From assembly GCA_025457615.1 (NCBI GenBank), contig JALOTZ010000005.1:10216-74215 (forward strand): a stretch of 64,000 nucleotides of DNA, in the 5' to 3' direction. Origin of the DNA: Verrucomicrobiota bacterium. Lineage in GTDB: Bacteria > Verrucomicrobiota > Verrucomicrobiia > Limisphaerales > DSYF01. Of the stretch, positions 54,417 to 63,386 are shown piece by piece; the first letter of the stretch is position 1; each line of letters starts with the position of its first letter. A model generated the notes under the pieces. The model worked only from the letters and a program-made list of their open reading frames with translations, was not told the DNA's origin and did not search any database. A program made the translations under genes and the position numbers.

Positions 54417-56930
54417 ATGCTGCCGCCTCATTCAATGCGGCTGCGCATCGTCATCCGGGGAGTGGTTCAGGGAGTTGGATTCCGGCCGTACGTCTATCGC
54501 CTGGCGAAGGACCTGGGGCTGCACGGGTGGGTGACCAACACGGCCCAGGGCGTGTTCATCGAGGTGGAGGGTGAAGACGCCGCGCTGGGTGAGTTCCTGT
54601 CAAGGCTTCCCCTCGAACGCCCGCCGCACAGCTCGATTCAAAGCCTCGAACCCGCCTGGCTGGATCCCGTTGGATTCGAGGGGTTTGAAATCCGCCCCAG
54701 CCAGTCCACGGGCAACAAGTCGGTCATCGTGCTGCCGGATATCGCCACCTGTCCGGACTGCCTGCGCGAGATTCTGGATCCGGGAAACCGTCGCCACCGG
54801 TATCCTTTCACCAACTGCACCCACTGCGGTCCGCGCTTCTCGATTCTCGAATCCCTGCCCTACGACCGCGCGAACACCACCATGAAGGGGTTTGCGATGT
54901 GCGCCGCGTGCCAGGCCGAGTACGAGGACCCAGCCCATCGCCGGTTCCATGCGCAGCCCAATGCCTGTCCAAACTGCGGTCCGCAACTCGCCTGGTGGGA
55001 TCAATCGGGGAAGGAACTCGCCTCGGCGGACGCCGCACTTCGCCAGGCGGCGGAAGCCATTGCGGACGGCCGGATTGTTGGGGTCAAAGGACTGGGTGGA
55101 TTCCACCTCGTTTGCCTGGCCTGCGATGACAGAGCGGTGGGGCAACTGCGGGAACGCAAGCGGCGCGAGGAGAAGCCGTTCGCGGTGATGATGCCCTCCC
55201 TGGATCAGGTCCGGGCCGTTTGCGACGTTTCACCGCTCGAACGACGACTCCTCGAGTCCCCGGAAGCCCCCATTGTTCTGCTGAAACGAATCGCCGATCG
55301 CCCCTCGCCAATCGTCCCTTCAGTCGCCCCCGGCAATCCCTGGCTCGGAGTCATGCTGCCCTACACGCCGCTGCACCATCTGCTGCTGGGCGACGTCGGG
55401 ATGCCGCTGGTGGCTACCAGTGGGAATGTGTCCGATGAACCCATCTGTACCGAGGAACGGGAAGCGGTCGAACGCCTGGCTGGAATTGCCGACGGCTTCC
55501 TGGTGCACAACCGGCCCATCGCGCGCCATGTGGATGATTCGGTTGTCCGGTTGATGGCGGGGCGGGAGATGGTGCTGCGCCGGGCCCGCGGCTACGCACC
55601 GCTCCCGGTCGCCGTAAGATCTGGGATTTCAAATCAGGAATCACAAATTACCCTGGGGGTGGGAGCGCATCTGAAGAATGCCGTGGCCCTTGGGGCCGGT
55701 CCACAAGTCTTCATCAGCCAGCACGTCGGCGACCTGGAAACCGAGCCCGCCTATCGCGCATTCCAGCGGGCCGCCGAAGATCTGCAGAGCCTCTATGAGG
55801 CGCGGGCGTTGATTGTGGTGGCGGATCTGCACCCGGATTATCTTTCGACCCGGTTTGCCAGCGAGCTGGCGGCAAGCACCCCGGCCCGCCTTGCCAGCGC
55901 AACCACCGTGGACGGGGAATGGACCATCGCACGCGTCCTGGATGGCAGGGAGTCTTCAGCAGCCTCCACCCCACTGGGGGCCCGCTCCGTTCGCCAGCGC
56001 AGTCCAGACCTGATCCAAGTGCAGCATCATGTGGCGCATATCGTGTCCTGCATGGCGGAAAACGAACTGGCTCCACCCGTCCTAGGGGTATCGTGGGACG
56101 GGACCGGCTGGGGGCCTGACGGGACCGTGTGGGGTGGGGAGTTTATCCTGATTTCCCAGGGGGGAAGTGGTTTGGAATGGAATCGCGTGGCGCACCTGCG
56201 GCCGTTTCGCCTGCCTGGCGGTGACGCGGCGGTGAAGGAGCCCAGGCGGTCCGCGGTGGGCGTGTTGTATGAACTGTGCGGCGGGCGCCTGGCCGGCCTG
56301 CCCGCCAATCCCGCCCTCCAGTCCTTCACCTCCGAGGAACTGAACACGCTGGGCCGGATGCTGGAACGCGGCACGAATTCGCCCCGAACCAGCAGCGCAG
56401 GCCGGTTGTTTGACGCGGTGGCGGCGCTGACCGGGCTGCGCCAGCAGGTGCGACATGAAGGCCAGGCGGCCATGGAACTGGAGTTCGCCGCCGAAGGTGA
56501 GTCCACTCCTGACGGCTATCCCATGGGCATTCTGGATGCCGCACCAGTGGGCTTGCCTGACCGGCGCCAGCCGACCCGAGCCGCATTACCCAGTTCACGC
56601 AACACGCAATACGGGCCGCTGCGCGTCGATTGGGCTCCACTCATTCACGGTATCCTGGCCGATGTCCGCGCCTCCACCCCCAGGGGTCTGATCGCCGCCC
56701 GCTTCCACAACGCCTTGACAGAGGCGATCGTGGAAGTGGCCCAGCGGGTGGGCATCCAGCAGGTCGTGCTCAGCGGGGGATGCTTCCAGAACCGCCGATT
56801 GCTGGAACACAGCGTCCTGCGATTGCAGGAACGAGGCTTCCACCCCCACTGGCACCAGCGGGTGCCAACCCATGACGGGGGCATTGCCCTCGGGCAGGTG
56901 GTTGCGGCGCGTTGGGGGCTTGGCCTATAG
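54417..56930 (+). CDS. hypF: [NiFe]-hydrogenase maturation carbamoyltransferase HypF
   Basis: Acylphosphatase domain (VQGVGFRPYVY), two CxxC-x18-CxxC zinc fingers, and YrdC-like and Kae1-like domains. Alternative ATG at 54435. Confidence 0.93.
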   Translation: MLPPHSMRLRIVIRGVVQGVGFRPYVYRLAKDLGLHGWVTNTAQGVFIEVEGEDAALGEFLSRLPLERPPHSSIQSLEPAWLDPVGFEGFEIRPSQSTGNKSVIVLPDIATCPDCLREILDPGNRRHRYPFTNCTHCGPRFSILESLPYDRANTTMKGFAMCAACQAEYEDPAHRRFHAQPNACPNCGPQLAWWDQSGKELASADAALRQAAEAIADGRIVGVKGLGGFHLVCLACDDRAVGQLRERKRREEKPFAVMMPSLDQVRAVCDVSPLERRLLESPEAPIVLLKRIADRPSPIVPSVAPGNPWLGVMLPYTPLHHLLLGDVGMPLVATSGNVSDEPICTEEREAVERLAGIADGFLVHNRPIARHVDDSVVRLMAGREMVLRRARGYAPLPVAVRSGISNQESQITLGVGAHLKNAVALGAGPQVFISQHVGDLETEPAYRAFQRAAEDLQSLYEARALIVVADLHPDYLSTRFASELAASTPARLASATTVDGEWTIARVLDGRESSAASTPLGARSVRQRSPDLIQVQHHVAHIVSCMAENELAPPVLGVSWDGTGWGPDGTVWGGEFILISQGGSGLEWNRVAHLRPFRLPGGDAAVKEPRRSAVGVLYELCGGRLAGLPANPALQSFTSEELNTLGRMLERGTNSPRTSSAGRLFDAVAALTGLRQQVRHEGQAAMELEFAAEGESTPDGYPMGILDAAPVGLPDRRQPTRAALPSSRNTQYGPLRVDWAPLIHGILADVRASTPRGLIAARFHNALTEAIVEVAQRVGIQQVVLSGGCFQNRRLLEHSVLRLQERGFHPHWHQRVPTHDGGIALGQVVAARWGLGL

Positions 56931-56940
56931 TGGGCGCACG

Positions 56941-57225
56941 ATGTGTCTGGCCGTCCCAGGAAAGATCTTGAGTGTCGCAGGCGATGACCCGCTGATGCGA
57001 AGCGCGCGGGTCAGCTTCGGCGGTGTCGTCAAAGAAGTGAGCCTGGCCTACACCCCGGAGGCGAAGGTGGACGATTACGTGATCGTGCATGTCGGGTTCG
57101 CCTTGAACGTCCTGGATGAAGCCGAAGCGGGCCGTGTGTTCGAGTATCTTGAACAAATGGGGGAACTCGAAGAGCTCGGGACACCGACCGGACAGGCCTC
57201 GGCGGCCGGTTGGGCCAATTCTTAG
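56941..57225 (+). CDS. hypC: hydrogenase assembly chaperone HypC/HupF
   Basis: MCLAVPGKI N-terminus (essential Cys2) and VGDYVIVHVGFA-type core. Confidence 0.9.
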   Translation: MCLAVPGKILSVAGDDPLMRSARVSFGGVVKEVSLAYTPEAKVDDYVIVHVGFALNVLDEAEAGRVFEYLEQMGELEELGTPTGQASAAGWANS

Positions 57226-57492
57226 GAGAAATATCCGGGCAGGCGGGCTGCACTGCGTCGCGGCTTGGGTGGTGCCGCACTGCCGGACCCCGAAACAGCG
57301 GCCCCTTTCGAGGGTGGGTCCCGGCCGCAGCGATTCGCCGTGCTGAAAGGGGCGCAAGGTGTTCCAAATCAAGCGCTCCACAGCCCAGGCCCGCAATGCG
57401 GCAACCCAGGGATGGCCGGGCGGCAGGAAATATTTGTTTGATTTGCACGGTCTAAGTTGCGACACCAAGGTCGTCAGGTTTTTACATCCAGT

Positions 57493-58797
57493 ATGACTGT
57501 TCAGAACCAGACGCGAACGCTGCCCTCGAGCGCCAGCGGCATCGTCCGAGCCCGGAAATCACCGGAGGTTGCTGAATCGGCCAAGCTGCGCGGGAACGGC
57601 CAGCCCAAAGGCCAACCGGCCATCTTCGACAAAGTCCACAACTACACCGCCGCAAGAGAAACGCGGGCGGCGGGGCTCTACCCCTATTTCCGGACCATCT
57701 CCTCGGCGCAGGACACCGAGGTGACCATGAACGGGCGTCAGATCCTGATGCTCGGGTCCAACAGTTATCTGGGGCTGACCAATCATCCCAAGATCAAGGA
57801 AGCCGCCAAAGCCGCCGTGGACAAATACGGCAGCGGTTGCGCCGGCTCGCGGTTCCTGAATGGCACCTTGGATCTGCACCTGGAGCTGGAAGCCGAGATC
57901 GCCCAACTGGTCGGCAAGGAAGCCGCCCTGCTCTATAGCACCGGGTTCCAGGTCAACTTGGGCGTGGTTAGCGCCATGGTCGGCAAGGACGAATTCATCC
58001 TGGCCGACAAGAGCAACCACGCCAGCCTGGTCGAGGGTTGCCGCCTGTCCCTGGGCCAATTCCTGCGGTTTGCCCACAACGACATGGGGGCGCTCGAAAC
58101 CCGGTTGCAGAGGCTGGATCCCGCGGCGGGCAAGTTCATTGTGGTCGATGGCGTCTTCAGCATGGAAGGCGACATCATCAAGCTTCCGGACCTGTGTCGG
58201 CTGGCCCGAAAGTACAACGCGGCAGTCATGGTGGACGACGCGCATGGCGTGGGGGTGCTGGGCCGCAGGGGAGCTGGGACCTCGGACCATTTCGGCCTGA
58301 GTGACGACGTGCATTTCATCATGAGCACGTTCAGCAAGTCGCTGGCGAGCCTGGGTGGATTCATCGCGTCCGACGCCGCCACCATTGATTATCTCAAGCA
58401 CCACTCCCGGCCCTTGGTGTTCAGCGCCAGCATGAGCCCCGCCAACGCGGCCTCCGCCCTCGCCGCGCTGCGCATCATGAAGAGCGAGCCGGAGCGGCTC
58501 AACCATCTCTGGCACAACACCCGCCGGATGAAGGAGGGTCTGCTGGCGCTCGGCTTCGATCTCGGCGCTTCCGAAACGCCCATCCTGCCCGTCTATGTGC
58601 GGGACCTCGCCAAGACCTGCCTGTACTGCAAGCGTCTCGAGGAAGAAGGCTTGTTCGTGAACCCGGTGGTTTCACCCGGCGTGCCGCCCGGACACGAGCT
58701 GATCCGCATCAGCCTCATGGCCACCCACACGGACAGCCAGATCGACCGCGCCTTGGAAAAACTCGGCCAGGTGGGCAAGCAGTTGGGGATCCTCTAG
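57493..58797 (+). CDS. spt: alpha-oxoamine synthase, serine palmitoyltransferase-like
   Basis: PLP-lysine motif [12 protein letters not shown] and GSNSYLGL. Long N-terminal segment and overall resemblance to bacterial SPT rather than BioF/Kbl. This subfamily call is by eye and tentative. Confidence 0.7.
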   Translation: MTVQNQTRTLPSSASGIVRARKSPEVAESAKLRGNGQPKGQPAIFDKVHNYTAARETRAAGLYPYFRTISSAQDTEVTMNGRQILMLGSNSYLGLTNHPKIKEAAKAAVDKYGSGCAGSRFLNGTLDLHLELEAEIAQLVGKEAALLYSTGFQVNLGVVSAMVGKDEFILADKSNHASLVEGCRLSLGQFLRFAHNDMGALETRLQRLDPAAGKFIVVDGVFSMEGDIIKLPDLCRLARKYNAAVMVDDAHGVGVLGRRGAGTSDHFGLSDDVHFIMSTFSKSLASLGGFIASDAATIDYLKHHSRPLVFSASMSPANAASALAALRIMKSEPERLNHLWHNTRRMKEGLLALGFDLGASETPILPVYVRDLAKTCLYCKRLEEEGLFVNPVVSPGVPPGHELIRISLMATHTDSQIDRALEKLGQVGKQLGIL

Positions 58798-58803
58798 GGT
58801 CCG

Positions 58804-59790
58804 GTGAAGGTCCTGCTGACAGGGGCGTCGGGATTCGTGGGCAGCCATATCCTGGATTGCCTCAGGCAGCGGGGCATGGCCACCCGTCTCCTGCTCCGCT
58901 CCACCAGCTCGCGCCGGTTCATCCAACCCCACTTGCCGGCCATCGAGGTGAGGGAGGGTTCGGTGGACCGCCCGGATGACCTGCCTGCCGCGCTCGAGGG
59001 CGTGACCCACGTGATCCACTGCGCCGGGTTGGTCAAGGCGCTGCGGATCCGGGAGTTCTACGAGGCCAACCAGATCGGCACGCGTCATCTCGTGAACGCG
59101 GCCAATGCCGCCCGCATTCAGCGACTCGTGCTGGTGTCCAGCCTCGCCGCAGCCGGACCGGGCGGGGCGGATCGGCCGGTCCGGGAAACCGATGCTCCCC
59201 ATCCCGTGTCCGAATACGGAAAGAGCAAGCTCGCGGGCGAACAAGAGGTGATTCAGCACGGCCGGACACCCTGGGTCATCATCCGTCCGCCTGCGGTTTA
59301 TGGTCCGCGCGACGGCGAGTTTCTGCGACTGTTCAAGGCGGTGCAGTCCGGCTTCTTGCCGGATGTCGGGTGCGGACGCCAGGCCCTGAGCCTGGTGTAC
59401 GTCGAAGATCTGGCGCGGGTGATTGTGGACTGCCTGCTCCATCCGGCTGCGGCGGGCAAGGTTTTCTTCGCCGCCAACCCCGAAGTCCGGACCGCGCGAC
59501 AGTTCGGAGAACGGGTGGCGGAGCAATTCGGCAAACGCCCGCTGCGCCTGCCGATTCCGACGCCGCTGCTCTGGCCGATGTGCTGGGGACAGGAACTGGT
59601 CTCCCAACTCACACGCCGGGCAAACGTGGTCAGCCGCCAGAAGTATGCCGAACTGCGCGCACCGGGCTGGGTGTGCGACGCCACCCGGCTCAAGGATGAA
59701 TTGGGGCTGGAATGTCCCGTCGGTCTATCTGAAGGTGTGCGGCGCACCGCGCAGGCCTATCGAGCGGCGGGCTGGCTCCAGCCCGATTGA
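58804..59790 (+). CDS. NAD-dependent epimerase/dehydratase-family SDR (candidate ketosphinganine/ceramide reductase)
   Basis: TGASGFVGSH Rossmann motif and catalytic YGKSK. GTG start 6 nt after the spt stop. Confidence 0.75.
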   Translation: MKVLLTGASGFVGSHILDCLRQRGMATRLLLRSTSSRRFIQPHLPAIEVREGSVDRPDDLPAALEGVTHVIHCAGLVKALRIREFYEANQIGTRHLVNAANAARIQRLVLVSSLAAAGPGGADRPVRETDAPHPVSEYGKSKLAGEQEVIQHGRTPWVIIRPPAVYGPRDGEFLRLFKAVQSGFLPDVGCGRQALSLVYVEDLARVIVDCLLHPAAAGKVFFAANPEVRTARQFGERVAEQFGKRPLRLPIPTPLLWPMCWGQELVSQLTRRANVVSRQKYAELRAPGWVCDATRLKDELGLECPVGLSEGVRRTAQAYRAAGWLQPD

Positions 59791-59917
59791 CACGAAGGTT
59801 TCCGGACAGGCGGGGCCGCGCGGTGCGCGGCCCGGCACCGATGCAGCGGCGCCCTGCCGGAACGGAGAGTTTTTGAGGACCGGTCCCATCCACGGCCCAG
59901 GCCGTGGGGTTCAGGCC

Positions 59918-60874
59918 ATGTTCAGGCATTACAAGTTCATCGACTACGCGACGCAGGGTTACCTCCTGTTCGTGGCATTGCTCATTCTCTTGTTCCACAA
60001 CGGCACCGTGCCCGCCTGGACCTGGCTGGTGGGCGCGCATGGACTCTGTCTGGGCGGAGTCCACTGGCTGGTGTCGCGCGGCGCGAGGGAAGGCGCCGGC
60101 CGGGTCCTCACCTTCCTCCGTCATTTCTATCCGGTCCTGCTCTACACGGCGATGTTCCGGGAAACCGGCTCGCTCAACCGCATGTTCTTCGTCGAATACC
60201 TCGATCCGCTGGTGATCGGCTGGGAGCAGGCGTGGTTTGGAACGCAGCCCAGCATGTGGTTCATGGAGAAACTGCCCCACCTGGTGGTCAGCGAGCTGTT
60301 CTACATGGCCTACTTCAGCTATTACGTGATGATTGTGGGGGTGGGGCTGGCCCTCTTCCTGCGCAACCGGCCGGCCTTTTTCCATTACGTCTCGGTGGTC
60401 TCGTTCGTGTTCTACGTTTGCTACACGATCTACATCTTCCTGCCGGTGGTGGGGCCGCGGCTGTTCATGCGCGAAATCGAGGGCTATGCGCTGCCGCAAG
60501 CCGTCTGGAGCCTGGCGCCCACCCATGAGTATCCACCGGCCGTGCAGGCCGGCCCCTTCTTCAACATCATGGCGGTGATCTACGAGATCTTCGAGGCGCC
60601 CGGCGCCGCCCTGCCCAGCAGCCATGTGGCCATCGCGTTGTGCACCCTCTATTTCTCCTTCCGCTACCTCCCGCGCATCCGCCACCTGCACCTGGTCATG
60701 GCGCTGCTGTTGTGCGTTTCCACGATCTACTGCCGTTACCATTATGTGGTGGACGTCATGGCTGGAGTTCTGACAGCCGCCGTGCTGCTGCCCCTGGCGA
60801 ACTGGCTGTATTGGAAGTTCGAGGGTGCGACTGCCCGATCCGCGCAGCCGGAAGCGGTTCCGGCGCTCGAGTGA
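59918..60874 (+). CDS. PAP2-superfamily membrane protein, AUR1/sphingomyelin-synthase-like (PAP2_3 type)
   Basis: Polytopic. PSSHVA (C2-like) and RYHYVVDVMAG (C3-like H-Y-x-x-D-V) motifs. Confidence 0.7.
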   Translation: MFRHYKFIDYATQGYLLFVALLILLFHNGTVPAWTWLVGAHGLCLGGVHWLVSRGAREGAGRVLTFLRHFYPVLLYTAMFRETGSLNRMFFVEYLDPLVIGWEQAWFGTQPSMWFMEKLPHLVVSELFYMAYFSYYVMIVGVGLALFLRNRPAFFHYVSVVSFVFYVCYTIYIFLPVVGPRLFMREIEGYALPQAVWSLAPTHEYPPAVQAGPFFNIMAVIYEIFEAPGAALPSSHVAIALCTLYFSFRYLPRIRHLHLVMALLLCVSTIYCRYHYVVDVMAGVLTAAVLLPLANWLYWKFEGATARSAQPEAVPALE

Positions 60875-60962
60875 GGCGGGAAAGCCGAGGTCCAAAGATC
60901 CAGATCCGCGGGGTCCTTTCCGGCCTCCGGCTTTCCGGAATTCGGTTCTCCGTATTCAGGTT

Positions 60963-62111
60963 TCAGGCCCCCACGCCCTTCCCGTAGAGCCGGTACCGCT
61001 TGTAAACCTCGCCTCCGAACAACTGAATGACGCGTTGCACGGCGGTGTTGTCCTCGAGGATCCAGGAGGATTCGACCCGCTTGAACCCGAGGCGGAACCC
61101 GGTGCGCAATCCGTGGGTGAGCATTGCCGCCTCGATGCCGCGCCCGCGATGGGACGCCTTGACCCCCAAGGTGAGCACGCGACAGTACTTCGGCACCTTC
61201 CACTGCAGCAGATAGGGCAACGCCTTGAACAGGCCCGGCGACAGCAGCCGGCCTTTGAGCGGTTGGAAGCCCTCGTTGAAATCGGAGGAGGCAAGAAGAA
61301 AGCCCACCGGCTCGTTCCCTTCCAACGCGATCTGGGTCAGGCCCTCGACCAGCAGCGGTTTCAGGCGCGCCGCCATGAACTGAATCTCCGCATCGGTCAT
61401 CGGCACAAACCCCCAGTTCTCCTCCCACGCCTCGTTGTACACGTGCTGGATCTGCGTGAGCTGCCGCTCGAGGGTCTTCTTGAGCACCGGCTCGATCCGG
61501 ATCTCCGGCTCGCGCTTCTGGAACTTGGACCAGATCCGCTCGAACCGGGACATGGGCGTGTTGGCCAGGTCGAAATCGTAGGCCAGCAGGTCCTTGGCCC
61601 TGGCGAACCCGGCGGACTCGACGAGGCCCGCGTAATAGCGCGGGTTGTAGGTCATCATGAACACGGGCGGGCTGTCGAAGCCCTCCACCAGCAGGCCGCA
61701 CTCGTCGTTGGTGGTGGGGTTCATCGGACCCAGAAGTTGGTTCATCCCCCGGCCACGGGCCCAATCCTCCACGGCACCCAACAACCGGTCCGCCACCTCC
61801 TGGTCGTGGATGCACTCGAAAAATCCGAAAAAAACCGTCCGTTCCCCGTGCATCCGGTTGTGCAACTGCTCCAGGATCCCCGCAATCCGGCCCACGTCCC
61901 GACCATCCCGGCGCGCCACCCACAGTTGCATCTCCGCGTGCTCGAACAGCGGGTTGGCCTCCTGAAACACCTTCTCCAAATCCATCAAGAGCGGCGCCAC
62001 CCAGTGCGGGTCGCCGGCGTACAGGGCATAGGGCACCTGCAGGAATCGCCGCACGTTGCGCCGGGTGCGCTCCAACGGAATGATCTGAAGGGATGCCTTC
62101 ATCCTTCCCAT
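60963..62111 (-). CDS. large GNAT-family N-acyltransferase
   Basis: About 380 aa. C-terminal acetyltransferase core (GVKASHRGRGIEAAML). Start is MGRMKAS at 62111 or MKAS at 62102. Confidence 0.65.
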   Translation of the reverse strand: MGRMKASLQIIPLERTRRNVRRFLQVPYALYAGDPHWVAPLLMDLEKVFQEANPLFEHAEMQLWVARRDGRDVGRIAGILEQLHNRMHGERTVFFGFFECIHDQEVADRLLGAVEDWARGRGMNQLLGPMNPTTNDECGLLVEGFDSPPVFMMTYNPRYYAGLVESAGFARAKDLLAYDFDLANTPMSRFERIWSKFQKREPEIRIEPVLKKTLERQLTQIQHVYNEAWEENWGFVPMTDAEIQFMAARLKPLLVEGLTQIALEGNEPVGFLLASSDFNEGFQPLKGRLLSPGLFKALPYLLQWKVPKYCRVLTLGVKASHRGRGIEAAMLTHGLRTGFRLGFKRVESSWILEDNTAVQRVIQLFGGEVYKRYRLYGKGVGA

Positions 62112-62203
62112 GACGGGCCACAGTCTGTTGGCAGGCTCGCCCGGCGTCAACAGGGGCATGCCTCGGGATTGCTTTGGCCACCCCGTTGGCCCACCCTTCA
62201 CAC

Positions 62204-63115
62204 ATGAACGCACCTTTGTCCCGCCGCTCGTTTCTGGTCCAAAGCGGCGTCGCCCTCGGAACCGTCGCCATGGCCCCCCACCTCTTTGCCGCCGAACCCC
62301 AGTTCAAGATCTCCCTTGCGGAATGGTCGCTGCACCGCGCGCTGGGGGAGAAGAAATTGACCAACCTCGACTTTCCCAAGGTGGCCAAACAGGAGTTCGG
62401 CCTCGACGCGGTGGAATACGTCAACCAGTTCTTCAAGGACAAGGCGGGGGATGAAGCGTATCTCGACGAACTCAGGCGGATCTGCGACGGCGAAGGCGTG
62501 CGCAGCCTGCTGATCATGTGCGACGGCGAGGGGTCACTGGGGGATCCGGACGATGCCGCCCGGAACCAGGCTGTCGAGAATCATCATCAGTGGGTCCGGG
62601 CCGGCAAACGGCTCGGATGCCATTCCATCCGTGTCAACGCCGCCACGGGCGGCAAGGGCAGCTTCGAGGAGCAGCAGAAGCGCGCTGCGGACGGCCTGCG
62701 CTCCCTCGCCGGCTACGCAGCGCCCCACGGTTTGAATGTCATCGTGGAAAACCACGGCGGGTTGTCGTCCAACGGCACCTGGCTGGCCGGAGTCATGAAG
62801 ATGGTGAACCTGCCCAATTGCGGCACCTTGCCGGACTTCGGCAATTTTCGCATCGCGCCGGGCGAGGAATATGACCGCTACCAGGGCATCAAGGAATTGA
62901 TGCCCTTCGCCAAGGGCGTCAGTGCCAAGAGCTATGACTTCGACGAGGCGGGCAACGAAACGAAGATGGATTACGCCCGCATCCTGCAGATTGTGACGGA
63001 GGCCGGTTACCACGGTTACGTGGGCATCGAATACGAGGGCAGCCGGCTGGGCGAATACGAGGGGATTCGCGCCACCCGGAGGTTGCTGGAGCGGGTGAGG
63101 GAGGAACTGGGTTGA
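62204..63115 (+). CDS. Tat-exported sugar phosphate isomerase/epimerase (xylose isomerase-like TIM barrel)
   Basis: Twin-arginine signal SRRSFLV, then an AP_endonuc_2-like barrel ([17 protein letters not shown]). Confidence 0.75.
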   Translation: MNAPLSRRSFLVQSGVALGTVAMAPHLFAAEPQFKISLAEWSLHRALGEKKLTNLDFPKVAKQEFGLDAVEYVNQFFKDKAGDEAYLDELRRICDGEGVRSLLIMCDGEGSLGDPDDAARNQAVENHHQWVRAGKRLGCHSIRVNAATGGKGSFEEQQKRAADGLRSLAGYAAPHGLNVIVENHGGLSSNGTWLAGVMKMVNLPNCGTLPDFGNFRIAPGEEYDRYQGIKELMPFAKGVSAKSYDFDEAGNETKMDYARILQIVTEAGYHGYVGIEYEGSRLGEYEGIRATRRLLERVREELG

Positions 63116-63157
63116 GGTGGACCGGCTCGAACCGGGCCGGCCTGGGAGCGCGAGTGG

Positions 63158-63366
63158 TCCTCAACCCGCAGCCGCCCGTATCATCGGAGCCGCTGCGGAG
63201 GAGCGCGGTTCCATGAGCCGCAGCAGCCTCGCAGGGCGGATGGGTGAGCGAACCTATGTGGACACCGGACATGGCGATGCTGCTGCGGGTCGCCCGCCCT
63301 CCGTGGCAGAGCCGCTGCGGAGGGTGGACAGACCCGCGCTCCGAGACGACGGATTCCTGGAAAGCC
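63158..63366 (+). repeat. dispersed structured intergenic repeat, copy C (full length)
   Basis: Aligns by eye to copy A over both halves and to copy B over the left half. Lies between the isomerase stop and the asnS start. Confidence 0.8.
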
Positions 63367-63386
63367 CTGCATAGACCAAAGTCAGC

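Noticed and set aside
59891-59908. CCACGGCC-ca-GGCCGTGG hairpin after the SDR gene as a terminator
   Set aside because: The loop is too tight, there is no T-run, and it lies only 10 nt before the PAP2 start codon. It is probably incidental.
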